From positions 1 to 49,337 of the forward strand of contig CAYZTY010000003.1 in the NCBI GenBank assembly GCA_964481525.1: DNA of 49,337 bases, in the 5' to 3' direction. Position numbers and translations under genes: made by a program. The DNA comes from an uncultured Pirellulales bacterium (GTDB lineage: Bacteria > Planctomycetota > Phycisphaerae > Sedimentisphaerales > CAYZTY01). The notes under the pieces were generated by a model, which saw only the letters and a list, made by a program, of their open reading frames with translations, was not told where the DNA came from and ran no database searches. This document shows, in pieces, positions 16,610-26,651 of the stretch. The first letter of the stretch is position 1. The number at the start of each line of letters is the position of its first letter.

Positions 16610-17773
16610 GTGGTGAGTCTTGAGAAACAATCCGATTGCGGCATAAAAACAATACTTGCCGAAAAGCATCTGGACGGTGACAAAACAACATGGGCGAATC
16701 GCTTCGATGAAACTACCCGTGCCGACGTCGAGCGTGCTTTATCGCAGCCTGCCGGTTCGTACAGTTTGAATAAGTTAGCTGCGCTTGTCTCGCCGACTGC
16801 CGAGAATTACCTCGAGCAGATGGCCCGGCCCGCACATCAGCTAACTCTGCAAAGATTCGGCAGGACCATACAGCTCTATGCGCCGCTATACTTATCTAAT
16901 TATTGCATCAATAGCTGCTTATACTGCGGATACAATACAGCCAGCAAATGCGAGCGCACCAGATTGACCATCGAAGAAGCCCTTGAGGAGGCCGAAGTCA
17001 TCGCTTCAGAAGGTTTCCGGCACATTCTTCTGGTTAGCAGTGAGGACAAAGACTTTATCACGGTAGATTACCTGGCAGAGCTTGCGGGAAATCTCAGGAG
17101 CAAATTCAGCTCTATATCGATTGAAATCTATCCAATGAGCCGGGAGCAGTATGCAAAGCTTTATCAAGCCGGCATCGACGGCGTAACACTCTACCAGGAG
17201 ACATACGACCGCAAGGCCTATACTTATTTTCATCCCGCCGGCCCAAAGGCCGACTACGCCGACAGACTGGCCGTCCACGACTCGGTTGCGCAGGCAGGGA
17301 TGCGAAGATTAGGTATTGGGGCTTTACTGGGCTTAAGCGACTGGCGGATAGAAACGCTGGCCCTGGCTGAGCACGCGCATTACCTGATGAAGCGCTATTG
17401 GAAATCGCAGGTTTCTTTCTCTCTGCCCCGGATATGTACCGCCTACAACGTAAGCATAAATTACAAACATTTACTTAGCGACAGAAACATCGTCCAGATG
17501 ATGCTGGCCTTAAGGTTATGTTTTGCCGATGCCGGCATTGTCATTTCCACACGTGAACGGCCGGAGCTGCGCGACCGTCTTGTCAGGCTTGGTGTAACTC
17601 GAATGAGTGCAGGCAGCAAGACCAGCCCCGGCGGATACACCGGCAGGGTCCAGGCCATCAAACAATTTGAAATTGACGACCGGCGCACGCCGGCCGAGGT
17701 CGCCGCAATGATTAAATCACAAGGCTTCGAGGCCGTTTGGAAAGATTGGGACGCCACTTTCGGCCCCGATTAG
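16610..17773 (+). CDS. thiH: 2-iminoacetate synthase (radical SAM, tyrosine lyase) ThiH
   Basis: Radical SAM CxxxCxxC (CINSCLYCGY), ThiH/BioB-like length, and thi operon context. GTG start. Confidence 0.88.
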   Translation: MVSLEKQSDCGIKTILAEKHLDGDKTTWANRFDETTRADVERALSQPAGSYSLNKLAALVSPTAENYLEQMARPAHQLTLQRFGRTIQLYAPLYLSNYCINSCLYCGYNTASKCERTRLTIEEALEEAEVIASEGFRHILLVSSEDKDFITVDYLAELAGNLRSKFSSISIEIYPMSREQYAKLYQAGIDGVTLYQETYDRKAYTYFHPAGPKADYADRLAVHDSVAQAGMRRLGIGALLGLSDWRIETLALAEHAHYLMKRYWKSQVSFSLPRICTAYNVSINYKHLLSDRNIVQMMLALRLCFADAGIVISTRERPELRDRLVRLGVTRMSAGSKTSPGGYTGRVQAIKQFEIDDRRTPAEVAAMIKSQGFEAVWKDWDATFGPD

Positions 17774-17809
17774 ACGGCAGAGGCATTTGGCCGGTAGGCT
17801 ACTTGTCAA

Positions 17810-19597
17810 TCATCCGCCTGAAGGCCGAGACAAACGAAACACATTTACCCAGCCACGACGAGAACCAATCTGTGTTATGAAGCGATATGGGCCGATGTCC
17901 TGCGACTTTTGGAGCATGGCAATATTATCCAACCGACGCAACTTGTAGTTTTCACTGCCCGGATTAAGCATCTCGCGGGAGGCCCAAACAACGTATGTAA
18001 TATTCTGCTCACGGCACTCCTGCACGAACTGATCGGGATTGTCGGCCTTGGGAAGGTTGACAAAACTTGTCTCGTATTTCGGGGCAAGAACTCTGGGAAC
18101 TTCCGTGAAATAAAGGGCTATATTCTCGTCCGGCCCGGCATTCTTAATATACCACTTTGTCAACTCAACAAATTCACTGTACTGTTGACCATCACCAAGA
18201 ACCCGAACGAGAACAAACTGATTCGAGACTATAATCAAACAAAGTAAAACCAAGATAACCAAACTTCCTACTGAACGGGCCTGTCGATACAGAAAGAGGC
18301 TTGCTCCGAACAGGAGGCAAACCACAGCAACCGCCACCCAGCCAAAGCCGGAAGAGCCCGGACTCATCGGACCAACCTCGCTCAAAAAAGGAAGCAGCCG
18401 GATAATCCATACTACTGAAACCGCTAACAAGATTATCTGCAGAAGAACAACCACCGCCGTCGGCATTGTTATCCTGGTCTTCACCAGCCTCCACAGACCT
18501 TGTAAGCCAAGAATAGACAGCAACACAGCTATCCAATGCACGGTGGTATAGTACCTGATGAGCGGGTATGGATACATCGAATGGACGATAAAGTAGGGTA
18601 CAAAGAAAATAAACAGTACCAGAACGTTCCATCTCTGTTTAATAAAGCCGTACACCGCACCGAACGCGAAGGTAATTAAAGCCGAAATTTGGCTGGTCAA
18701 CATCAACGTATCTATGGTGCCGGAAGCAGCCTTCGGCGAGGCCACCAACAGTGGATAAAAGGCAATTTGCCACAGGAGTTTCAGATTTTTCCCCAGGCCG
18801 ATTCGCTGTTCCGTCGGCTCGGAAAAAAGCTTCTTATAATCATCGGTAAACACGTTAAGGTAGTGGCTTGCTCCCTGGGTCTGCCAGTGTAAGGCTGTGC
18901 TCAGCATCCAAAGACCAAGCGGCACACTGGCCAGGGCTGAGAGCAGTAAAGCATTGATACGTTTTTTGCGTTCCTTATTAGTCAGTACGTCAATCACGAA
19001 TGCGACCAGAATCAGGGCCGCGCCTTCGTAACGTACCATCGAGGTTATCGAGGCGAACAGATAACTCCAACGTGAACGGCGAAAGATAAAGTAAATGGTC
19101 AATAGTACGAAAAACAGCAGCGTGGTCTCGGCAATGGGGTCGGTCATAGAACTCATTATCCAGGGGTTTATTATTACTATGACGGCCAGCCAGATTGCCG
19201 AGCGGCCAATGATTCTCCTGCCGACCAGCCAGAGCAAAACAGCAATCAAAGGATGCAATATCGCATTGAGCAGCCTGCCGGCGGTCAATTCCGGCGTCTG
19301 GCCGCCGACGAGATAACTGAGGCTTACCTGAAGCACGCCCAAAACCGGTACGCGTTTGAAACTTGAGGGCATCTGCAACGAGAGAATTTGACGGCCGGTC
19401 TTGGCGAAGGCCGGAAAATCCGAGTTAGGAACAAGCTTATGGCCAAAGTACGATATCGAATGAAATGTCCCAAAAGCCAGTAAAATTAAAACTGCGATTA
19501 TCTCGAAGTACCTGTCTCTGCGTGCTTCATCGAGCAGGTCGCTATGCAGTTCCGACTGCCGGTCTGATTTTACCTTTGGGACTCTTCGCTTCACCAT
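17810..19597 (-). CDS. Polytopic membrane protein, probably a GT-C (family 39/83, ArnT/PMT-like) glycosyltransferase
   Basis: 595 aa with about 12 or more TM segments followed by a soluble C-terminal domain. This is an architectural resemblance only. Confidence 0.5.
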   Translation of the reverse strand: MVKRRVPKVKSDRQSELHSDLLDEARRDRYFEIIAVLILLAFGTFHSISYFGHKLVPNSDFPAFAKTGRQILSLQMPSSFKRVPVLGVLQVSLSYLVGGQTPELTAGRLLNAILHPLIAVLLWLVGRRIIGRSAIWLAVIVIINPWIMSSMTDPIAETTLLFFVLLTIYFIFRRSRWSYLFASITSMVRYEGAALILVAFVIDVLTNKERKKRINALLLSALASVPLGLWMLSTALHWQTQGASHYLNVFTDDYKKLFSEPTEQRIGLGKNLKLLWQIAFYPLLVASPKAASGTIDTLMLTSQISALITFAFGAVYGFIKQRWNVLVLFIFFVPYFIVHSMYPYPLIRYYTTVHWIAVLLSILGLQGLWRLVKTRITMPTAVVVLLQIILLAVSVVWIIRLLPFLSEVGPMSPGSSGFGWVAVAVVCLLFGASLFLYRQARSVGSLVILVLLCLIIVSNQFVLVRVLGDGQQYSEFVELTKWYIKNAGPDENIALYFTEVPRVLAPKYETSFVNLPKADNPDQFVQECREQNITYVVWASREMLNPGSENYKLRRLDNIAMLQKSQDIGPYRFITQIGSRRGWVNVFRLSRPSGG

Positions 19598-19740
19598 TCG
19601 TCCTTACGGGCAAGAAAACTCTCTATAGTTTCCGTTGATATTAACGCGCCGTCGAAGATGCGGCAAATCCTTTCCGCGCGCAGGGATTGTGTTCTATTAC
19701 TTATGGTTTGAAGTTTCGAGGGCCTTTAGTCTTGACAGGC

Positions 19741-20364
19741 TTACTGCTTATGGCTTCTTGTTATGGCCGAGTATGCCGAGCCCACTGTTACCGCCAGGGT
19801 AATTATCAACGTTATTGTCGTAAACCAGTATCCCCACGCGGCGGTCTGGACGTGAGCGGCCTTTATGGTCAGGGTCCCGATAGCAAAGGACTGAATAAAC
19901 ATTTTTATCTTGCCGGCCGAGGTTGCGGCAAAATTAACACCTCTGGCCTCAGCAATATGACGCAAAAACGTCACGAATACCTCTCGCACTGTTATAATGC
20001 CGGCCACAGACCACCGAATCACGGCCAAAGTGTATGGTGAAAAATCAAAAAGCTTCGGCTCACTGATTCCCGCAAAACAGATAAACGCACCGCAAACAAG
20101 CACCTTGTCAACAAAAGGGTCGAGCATCCGCCCGAACTTACTGGCAACATTCAGCCTTCGTGCAATGGGGCCGTCCATAATATCCGTAAGGCCGGCGACG
20201 ACAAAAATCACAAACGCTATATCCAAAAACAACCCATGCGTCTCCGTCCCGACAGCCGGAGAGTAAAGAACCATCCCCAAAAATATGACGGTCAAGCCCA
20301 CCCTCCCGAACGTCAAAATATTCGGTATCTGTTTTATCATATGCTGATAAAGTTTACTCTGCAA
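19741..20364 (-). CDS. pgsA: CDP-alcohol phosphatidyltransferase (phosphatidylglycerophosphate synthase-like)
   Basis: Signature DGPIARRLNVASKFGRMLDPFVDK, matching D-G-x2-A-R-x8-G-x3-D-x3-D. It is adjacent to rimO, a common pairing. Confidence 0.85.
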   Translation of the reverse strand: MQSKLYQHMIKQIPNILTFGRVGLTVIFLGMVLYSPAVGTETHGLFLDIAFVIFVVAGLTDIMDGPIARRLNVASKFGRMLDPFVDKVLVCGAFICFAGISEPKLFDFSPYTLAVIRWSVAGIITVREVFVTFLRHIAEARGVNFAATSAGKIKMFIQSFAIGTLTIKAAHVQTAAWGYWFTTITLIITLAVTVGSAYSAITRSHKQ

Positions 20365-20380
20365 CGGCCGTATTTCAAGA

Positions 20381-21727
20381 CTAAATTTGCTCTACAACAA
20401 AATCGTAGCCCTTTGTGCCTGTAATTCTGACTTTCGTAAACTCGCCCACCCCGGCCGAGCACTCCTCCATCAGGCAAACGCCGTCGATATGCGGCGTCTG
20501 CCCGTAATACCTTCCCCGGCCGCCGCCGTCACTATTGACTGCATCGACCAGGCAGAGCAATTCCCTGCCAAGCTGACGGGTCATCTTCGCAAAAAGGATT
20601 TCCTGCTGGGCCGTCATTAATTCGTCAAACCGCTGCTGCTTGACATGCTCGGGTAATTGGCCGGGCAGCTCTGACGCGGGCGTACCGGCCTCTGCATAAA
20701 AAGTAAAACAGCCTAAGGCATCAAATTCCGCCCATCTTACGAAATCCAACAACTCGTGGAACTGCTCGTCCGTTTCCCCGGGGAAACCTACTATTACGGT
20801 CGTACGCAATACAATCTCGGGCACAGCAGCGCGCAGCTTTTCAATCAAATGTCGAATTTGGTCCTGAGAGCCTTGTCGATGCATATCTCTGAGGATTTTA
20901 TTATTTACGTGCTGAACCGGCATATCGAGATATTTTACAACTTTTCGGCAGTCTGCTATGGTTTCAATCAGCCCGTCGCTCATTCGGCTTGGGTAAAGGT
21001 ACATAAGTCGAATCCACTCCAGCCCATCAATCTCGGCCAGTTCTTTAACAAGCGTATCTAAAGTATATCCGGCTTTCAGGTCCCGGCCGTAAGAGGCGCT
21101 GTCCTGCGCGACTAAAATTAACTCAACGGCTCCATAAGTAACCAGCTCCCTTGCTTCGGCCAAGAGCATTTTCGGCGGTTTACTCCTGAACGGGCCGCGA
21201 ATTGCCGGCACCGTACAAAACGAGCACCTGTGATTGCAGCCTTCACTAATTCGTAAGTATGCCCAATGCCCGGGGGTAAGCAGCATCCTACCCCTGTCAT
21301 TGTGGACCCGGGGGGCAGGGCCGTCGAGGTAAACCTGCGGATTACTACCAGCCAAGGCCTTCCTGATAATCGCCGCAATGTTATCCCGCTGCGCAAGGCC
21401 AACTATCACGTCAATATCTTCAACCTCTGAAAAAAGCGCTTTACCCAGCCGCTGCGGCAGACAACCGGCGACGATTATTTTACTAACCCTGCCTTTTTTC
21501 TTATATTCCACCGCTTCTTTGATGACCTCGAGGGCCTCGACCTTCGCAGGCTCAATGAAACCGCAGGTATTAATTACGACGACCTGGGCCCCGTCGAGCT
21601 GGGGCGTTATTACAAAACCTGCCTGCCCAATCTCGGCCAGCATCTTCTCGCTATCCACCATATTTTTGGGACAGCCCAGAGCGACAAAGGCCACCGTTAC
21701 CATATTCTTGACCCGCTTTTTAGCCAT
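20381..21727 (-). CDS. rimO: Ribosomal protein S12 methylthiotransferase RimO
   Basis: N-terminal LGCPKNMVDSE, radical SAM CNHRCSFC and a C-terminal TRAM domain. The start is ambiguous (ATG at 21727 or 21745). Confidence 0.88.
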   Translation of the reverse strand: MAKKRVKNMVTVAFVALGCPKNMVDSEKMLAEIGQAGFVITPQLDGAQVVVINTCGFIEPAKVEALEVIKEAVEYKKKGRVSKIIVAGCLPQRLGKALFSEVEDIDVIVGLAQRDNIAAIIRKALAGSNPQVYLDGPAPRVHNDRGRMLLTPGHWAYLRISEGCNHRCSFCTVPAIRGPFRSKPPKMLLAEARELVTYGAVELILVAQDSASYGRDLKAGYTLDTLVKELAEIDGLEWIRLMYLYPSRMSDGLIETIADCRKVVKYLDMPVQHVNNKILRDMHRQGSQDQIRHLIEKLRAAVPEIVLRTTVIVGFPGETDEQFHELLDFVRWAEFDALGCFTFYAEAGTPASELPGQLPEHVKQQRFDELMTAQQEILFAKMTRQLGRELLCLVDAVNSDGGGRGRYYGQTPHIDGVCLMEECSAGVGEFTKVRITGTKGYDFVVEQI

Positions 21728-21904
21728 ATCCGGAAACAATAGCATAAAAGCCCGGCGCTGTCATTATATTCTGAGCTGAGTCAGAAAGGCGGCCAAAGAA
21801 AACCAAAATCATGCACAATAAAATTGACTGGCCCGGCATTTTGCGTTATCCTGCCGAGGGCCAAGGGATATTTCAGGGAAAATTAACTGTTGAAAGGAAC
21901 TGAT

Positions 21905-22018
21905 ATGGGCAGCATGTTAGGCTTTTTCGAGGTGGGCGAAGTGGGTTTCTATCTGCTGGTTCTCTGCCTAATAGCAGATGTTGTACTCTACCTCATGTAC
22001 CGCAAACAACAGCAGTAA
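21905..22018 (+). CDS. Possible 37-aa single-TM small protein
   Basis: My own translation is MGSMLGFFEVGEVGFYLLVLCLIADVVLYLMYRKQQQ. A purine-rich stretch (gaaaggaa) lies upstream, and TTGACT-17-TATCCT lies about 55 nt upstream. The ORF is below the track cutoff. Confidence 0.25.
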   Translation: MGSMLGFFEVGEVGFYLLVLCLIADVVLYLMYRKQQQ

Positions 22019-22083
22019 TTTCCCACAGAACATTAAACGCGGCACCTGAATGCAACTACTATCGCTTGTTGGGAACAGCAGGC

Positions 22084-22749
22084 TTACAGCATTTCGGTTT
22101 CTGTATCGTGAGGCAGTCCTTCAAGCGGGCAGCCCGTGCATTTAGGTCTTGGCCGACAGAACTCCTTACCCACCCGCACCAACAGGGCGTGATATTCATT
22201 AAATAGCCGAGTTTCCTGCGGCAAATTACTCTGGAACAACTGACTGAGCACTTCATAATCGGCCGACGGCTCAATGAGGCCGTGCCTTACCGTTATCCGC
22301 GCGGTATAAGCATCAACAATAAAAACAGGTTTCTCGAAGGCATAAAGTAAAATCGAATCCGCGGTCTCCGGCCCGATGCCCTTAATCGACAAAAGTCTTT
22401 CCCGCAGAGTCCCGGTATCAAGTGCTTGCATCGCACACAAACTGCTATCAAATTCCTCAACAAGGCAATTTATAAAATTCTTCAGACGTTTCGCTTTCAG
22501 ATTATAGTAGCCTGCCGGACGTACAAGTTGTGCCAGTTCAAACGTATCCATATTGTAAAGCGTCTCCACGTTCAAAGAATTCGCTGCTTTAAGGTTCTTA
22601 ATCGCCTTTTCCACATTGCCCCAATTTGCATTCTGCGTCAATATGGCCCCAACAATAATTTCCAGCACACTTTGGCCGGGCCACCAGTGCTGGGGACCGA
22701 AACGCTCATAAAGGAGCTCGTAAATCTCATTCAAAGTCCGGCGCGTCAT
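22084..22749 (-). CDS. Endonuclease III-related HhH-GPD domain protein
   Basis: FGPQHWWPG N-terminus, the HhH motif LLSIKGIGPETADSILLYA, and a C-terminal Cys cluster (CRPRPKCTGCPL). The start was chosen at the ATG at 22749. Confidence 0.8.
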   Translation of the reverse strand: MTRRTLNEIYELLYERFGPQHWWPGQSVLEIIVGAILTQNANWGNVEKAIKNLKAANSLNVETLYNMDTFELAQLVRPAGYYNLKAKRLKNFINCLVEEFDSSLCAMQALDTGTLRERLLSIKGIGPETADSILLYAFEKPVFIVDAYTARITVRHGLIEPSADYEVLSQLFQSNLPQETRLFNEYHALLVRVGKEFCRPRPKCTGCPLEGLPHDTETEML

Positions 22750-22863
22750 TATGCTTGCATCCGTATTTTGGCTATTGTAATCACAACCTTTTTCAAGTAC
22801 ACTTTCGAGGACGTTCAACGCTGCATAAACGGACAAAAGGATTTGCAGTTTAGCTGTGTAACT

Positions 22864-23787
22864 ATGCCCAAAAGCACGGACAGTAACGGCAGAAGCCAAA
22901 CTTTAGCCTTTCCTCGCGGCACATACCTCGAACGCACCGCCCGTCCACTTTACGCCCTCGCATTCCTGCTGCCCTTTTTAATATTTTACGAGTTCGGCAC
23001 AATCTTTCTCAACAGCGAAACCTTATTTCAGGACCAAAGACGCGTCGTCGCGTTCGTCTGGCTCCAGAATTTCGCCGAATACCTCGGCTTCAGCAGCCGT
23101 ATAGCCTTTATTGTTACACCTCTGCTTGTTGTAATTATTCTGCTGGCTTTGCAAATAACTTCTCGAAAAAGCTGGCAGCTGCGAATCGGCGATTTGTTGC
23201 CGATGGCCGTTGAGTGCATTGTACTGGCCGTGCCTTTGATACTTTTGAACTTTATTCTCAACAGAGCGGTCCAGCCCGAGGATGTAATTGCCGCCGGCAA
23301 CACCGCTGTCGTTGTGCAATATGTTCAGCCGCTGCAGCTTCCTGAAAGCCATACACAAACTACTCCGCACCCTCCTTCTGCCGAGCCAATCTCACATAAC
23401 TCTCTGCCGGCCGATATCGTAACAGCAGTCGGCGCAGGAATCTATGAAGAACTTGTCTTTCGCCTGATACTTATTTGTCTTCTGTTGCTTTTTTTCCAAA
23501 ACATTTTAGCCTTCAGCCGTACAAATTCTCTCGTTCTATCGGTTGTTATCGCCGCGGCTTTGTTTAGCGCGCACCATCATATCATTTATATTAACGGCCA
23601 GCTCTGCCGCGTAGCTGCATTCAGCTGGCCTCAGTTTATTTTCAGAACACTCGCCGGGGTATACTTTGCCGTCCTTTTCGCCGTTCGCGGCTTTGGTATC
23701 ACCGCCGGGACCCACGCCTTTTACAACATCATTGCCGCTTTTGTCAATCTTGCCTTGGTAACATCCCGGAGTTTCTCCCTCAATTAG
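22864..23787 (+). CDS. CPBP-family intramembrane metalloprotease (CAAX/Abi-like)
   Basis: Multi-TM protein with the motifs EELVFR and FSAHH....H. The start was chosen at the ATG at 22864, because the upstream part of the 453-aa track ORF is antisense to the HhH-GPD gene. Confidence 0.75.
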   Translation: MPKSTDSNGRSQTLAFPRGTYLERTARPLYALAFLLPFLIFYEFGTIFLNSETLFQDQRRVVAFVWLQNFAEYLGFSSRIAFIVTPLLVVIILLALQITSRKSWQLRIGDLLPMAVECIVLAVPLILLNFILNRAVQPEDVIAAGNTAVVVQYVQPLQLPESHTQTTPHPPSAEPISHNSLPADIVTAVGAGIYEELVFRLILICLLLLFFQNILAFSRTNSLVLSVVIAAALFSAHHHIIYINGQLCRVAAFSWPQFIFRTLAGVYFAVLFAVRGFGITAGTHAFYNIIAAFVNLALVTSRSFSLN

Positions 23788-23926
23788 CACGCCGGCCCGG
23801 AGTTTTAATTTATTCTTCTAAATTAAACAAATTTTTCTCCTGAACGTTACTCGTTTTGGTTGCCGCTTTTGCAGGATAATAGTCCGATAAGCCCACCTAC
23901 CGGCCTTTTCAGTACTGATATTCCAC

Positions 23927-23956
23927 TTGAAGCTGACGGGTAGTTTGTGGTATAAT
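23927..23956 (+). promoter_or_regulatory. Sigma-70-type promoter candidate
   Basis: TTGAAG (23927-23932), an 18-nt spacer, then TGG-TATAAT (-10 at 23951-23956), upstream of the ORF at 24010. Confidence 0.4.
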
Positions 23957-24009
23957 TATATGGTGCTTGGAAGCATTCTAAGCGGCTGTTGATTAAGGCG
24001 TGTATTCCA

Positions 24010-24555
24010 ATGGATACTCCAAGAGCAAATGTAGCTGTCAGTGAGCTTGTCTTCTCGCTTTACCAAAGACCTTTGCATCCGGAGCTGTTCAGCATCTCCG
24101 AGAAGCGACACCTCAAAACCGAGAAGTATGAGGTAATCATCTGGGTAACCGACTGCTCACATGTCGTTAGCGTCTTTGCGAAACAGACCTGCCTCAGTGA
24201 ACTGATAAGCACTCCCGACCAGCCTTTGCCGAAACGTGGTTTAATTGAGCGTTTTCAGTTCCGCGGTCAGCGTTCCCACAAATGCACTTTGAGCCAGGGC
24301 CTGAGTTATATGACCGACTTCCAGGTTGAAAAGATGAGTGCAAATCTCTACCGCCAGAGTCATTATGACCTTGAACGCTTTGCCCGCAATCGCGGCGTGT
24401 TTGTCAACTTCTCCCCCCAGTCCGACGGCGGGCTCGAACCGTTTAGCTATATCGATTTCGAAGCGAGACGCTCAGAGCTGCATGTACACGCTTTTCACGC
24501 TTATCCCGACCAGCTAACTATTATCAAAACGCAATCCCTGTTTGATATTTATTAG
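24010..24555 (+). CDS. Conserved hypothetical protein (possibly DUF2617-like)
   Basis: 181 aa with the segment LYQRPLHPELF. The family assignment is from memory only and is not firm. Confidence 0.45.
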   Translation: MDTPRANVAVSELVFSLYQRPLHPELFSISEKRHLKTEKYEVIIWVTDCSHVVSVFAKQTCLSELISTPDQPLPKRGLIERFQFRGQRSHKCTLSQGLSYMTDFQVEKMSANLYRQSHYDLERFARNRGVFVNFSPQSDGGLEPFSYIDFEARRSELHVHAFHAYPDQLTIIKTQSLFDIY

Positions 24556-24556
24556 T

Positions 24557-25573
24557 CTATTGCTCCTCAGCCTGCTGCTGTGAGCGCTGCCTGAGAATAT
24601 CTATCTTTTCCCGTATTTCCTGGGCCATCCTGCTGTTCGGAAAATCCCGAATTATCTGCTCGCCCGTTTGTAAGGCCTCCGTCCATTGTTTATCTGCAAC
24701 CGCAAGTGAAAACTTAACACCGAGATTATGAAGTTTGGTTCGAAAAACATCCTTTGCAGACTCCTGCAGCGCCAGCCCCTCATTGGGGGTCAAATACAAG
24801 TCAAGCTCTTTGAGAATCTCCAGACTCCGGTCCGTTTCATGTCTCTTTACCATCTCGTCCCAGGCTGCAAGCAGCTGCCTTTTACGCTGCTCCTTCTTCT
24901 CGAGAAGTATTTGCCGAAGATGCTTGCCCCTCTCCGGCTCGTCGAATGTCTCAACCAGCCTGTCTATCTGCGCACTTGCCTTGGCCCATTGATACTGCTC
25001 AAACAGCTTTTCGATATGGGCTGTAAACTGATTTACCCGCTCATCCTCGCTGGCATCGCGGTACCTGTCCGCCTCAAGACGAAGCTGCTCGGCCAGGTCA
25101 CTGTAACCGGCATGACGTTCGATGTCCCCGATTATTTTGTATGTGCTCTCAAAGTCCTGCTGATGAAGCTTCTCTTTGACCACCTCAGTCAATGCCTGCC
25201 TATCCGACTCGCCGAAAACAATTGCTTTGGCTGTCTCACTGAGCCGAACGGCCTGATTCAGCTGGCTAAGTGCCAGCCGGTTTTTATTCAGAAGTGAGAC
25301 ACCACCGTTGAGCTCTTCTGCGTGGCTTCTGAGGATGTTTACATTCTCATAAGTCAACAGAAGAACCGCAAAGACACTCGCCACCAGTGACGCTGTGAAA
25401 ACCCCGGCGCCAAATGCACAAAGAATAAGAGGCAGCCCCGTCAATACCACCTCCTTCGTAATAAGCATCACAGCCGCTCCGGCCGCCGCCAGCAGTAGCG
25501 CCGCAGCCATCATACAAACCACGAGAATATGCCATTTGAAACGCGCCAAAGACTCATCCGCTCCAAGTTTCAT
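24557..25573 (-). CDS. Membrane-anchored long-helical (coiled-coil/TPR-like) hypothetical protein
   Basis: 338 aa with 2-3 N-terminal TM segments followed by charged helical sequence. It converges on the previous gene with a 1-nt gap. Confidence 0.5.
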   Translation of the reverse strand: MKLGADESLARFKWHILVVCMMAAALLLAAAGAAVMLITKEVVLTGLPLILCAFGAGVFTASLVASVFAVLLLTYENVNILRSHAEELNGGVSLLNKNRLALSQLNQAVRLSETAKAIVFGESDRQALTEVVKEKLHQQDFESTYKIIGDIERHAGYSDLAEQLRLEADRYRDASEDERVNQFTAHIEKLFEQYQWAKASAQIDRLVETFDEPERGKHLRQILLEKKEQRKRQLLAAWDEMVKRHETDRSLEILKELDLYLTPNEGLALQESAKDVFRTKLHNLGVKFSLAVADKQWTEALQTGEQIIRDFPNSRMAQEIREKIDILRQRSQQQAEEQ

Positions 25574-25750
25574 AATAGTCCTCGCTTAAGATTCAGTACA
25601 CTTTTCAGATTACTGCATTAACATAATAAGTCCGTCAATTACGTCTGTCAATCGTTCAAAAGCCCGGTCGAACCCATAGGTCTTAAGCCCCCAAGGCCTA
25701 ATGCTATTTTGTAACTTAATTGATGAGTGTTCCGTCTAAAGCAATATGTC

Positions 25751-26602
25751 TCAAAGCCGGGTTGTGATTTTTGAGCGTTCGTCCCTGATAATCTTTGGGT
25801 TGCTGGTCAGGATTCCGTTCATTGCCTGGTCTCTAAAAGGACTGGATGCATCATAGAACTCTTTGCTCAGGTCAATCTTATTAAACATTATGCCCGGCCT
25901 ATGCTGCTTAAGCTGAGCGACAATTCTACCGTCCGGCTGGATAAAGCAGGATGGATAAGACTGGTAATAGGCGCTGGAATTAGCCATACTAACCCAGAAA
26001 TAATTCGTTGCAGCTCGGCACTGCATCGTTTGCCGCATAATGTCGATGTGAACGGTTCGGCCTTTCTGCCTAGCATTATAAAACGATTGAAAAATGCAGC
26101 TTACCCCGGCCTTTTTTAGCTCGCGATAAAGCTCTGGAAAACGCAAGTCGTAGCAAATCAGAAGTGCGCATCTGACTTTGTTAACAGTGAAAATCACGAA
26201 CCGGTTACCGGGCGTGTAATACTGCAAATCGGATGGCATACAAAACCTTTTATCATACCGGTCGGCGATTTTGCCCTTTGGATTTATAAGGTAAAGGCTG
26301 TTATGCGGCTTATTCGGCCAGGTCAACGGGTGGCTACTGCCTAAGACAACCCAGAGTGACAACTCCGCAGCCAGGCGCATAATTTTTTGTGTTTCGGCCC
26401 GCAAATGCCGCCAGTCGTACCCATCAAATGATTCAAAATCAAGCGGTGCGTAGCCGCTCAGCGCACATTCACTGAAATGCACTATGTCAGCCCTGGCTCT
26501 TTTAGCTTTACGCAAAAAATCGCTGATTTGTCGGCCGTTTCTTTCTACTGAAGCGCCAACGGCAAACTGACAGGTTGCTACTTTCAAACATCCTTCAGCC
26601 AC
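25751..26602 (-). CDS. Carbon-nitrogen hydrolase family protein (nitrilase superfamily)
   Basis: Glu-Lys-Cys catalytic pattern: VHFSECALSGY, YDKRF and ALLICYDLRFPELYR. Confidence 0.85.
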   Translation of the reverse strand: MAEGCLKVATCQFAVGASVERNGRQISDFLRKAKRARADIVHFSECALSGYAPLDFESFDGYDWRHLRAETQKIMRLAAELSLWVVLGSSHPLTWPNKPHNSLYLINPKGKIADRYDKRFCMPSDLQYYTPGNRFVIFTVNKVRCALLICYDLRFPELYRELKKAGVSCIFQSFYNARQKGRTVHIDIMRQTMQCRAATNYFWVSMANSSAYYQSYPSCFIQPDGRIVAQLKQHRPGIMFNKIDLSKEFYDASSPFRDQAMNGILTSNPKIIRDERSKITTRL

Positions 26603-26629
26603 AGAGTTTTCTCTTTTTTATTTTAAGCA

Positions 26630-26645
26630 ACAGAGAACACAGAGA
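26630..26645. repeat. Left arm of a perfect 16-bp inverted repeat (acagagaacacagaga)
   Basis: Read directly. Its reverse complement is present at 27388-27403. Confidence 0.9.
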
Positions 26646-26651
26646 ATTAAT

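Noticed and set aside
21829-21844. A sigma-54-like element, TGGCCCGGCATTTTGC, upstream of the mini-ORF.
   Set aside because: The GG-to-GC spacing is 11 nt rather than the required 10. The same stretch is explained equally well as the spacer of a sigma-70-like TTGACT/TATCCT pair.
22426-22863. The upstream 146 codons of the 453-aa plus-strand ORF.
   Set aside because: This part is antisense to the HhH-GPD gene and has no membrane or protease features. The CPBP protein plausibly starts at the ATG at 22864.
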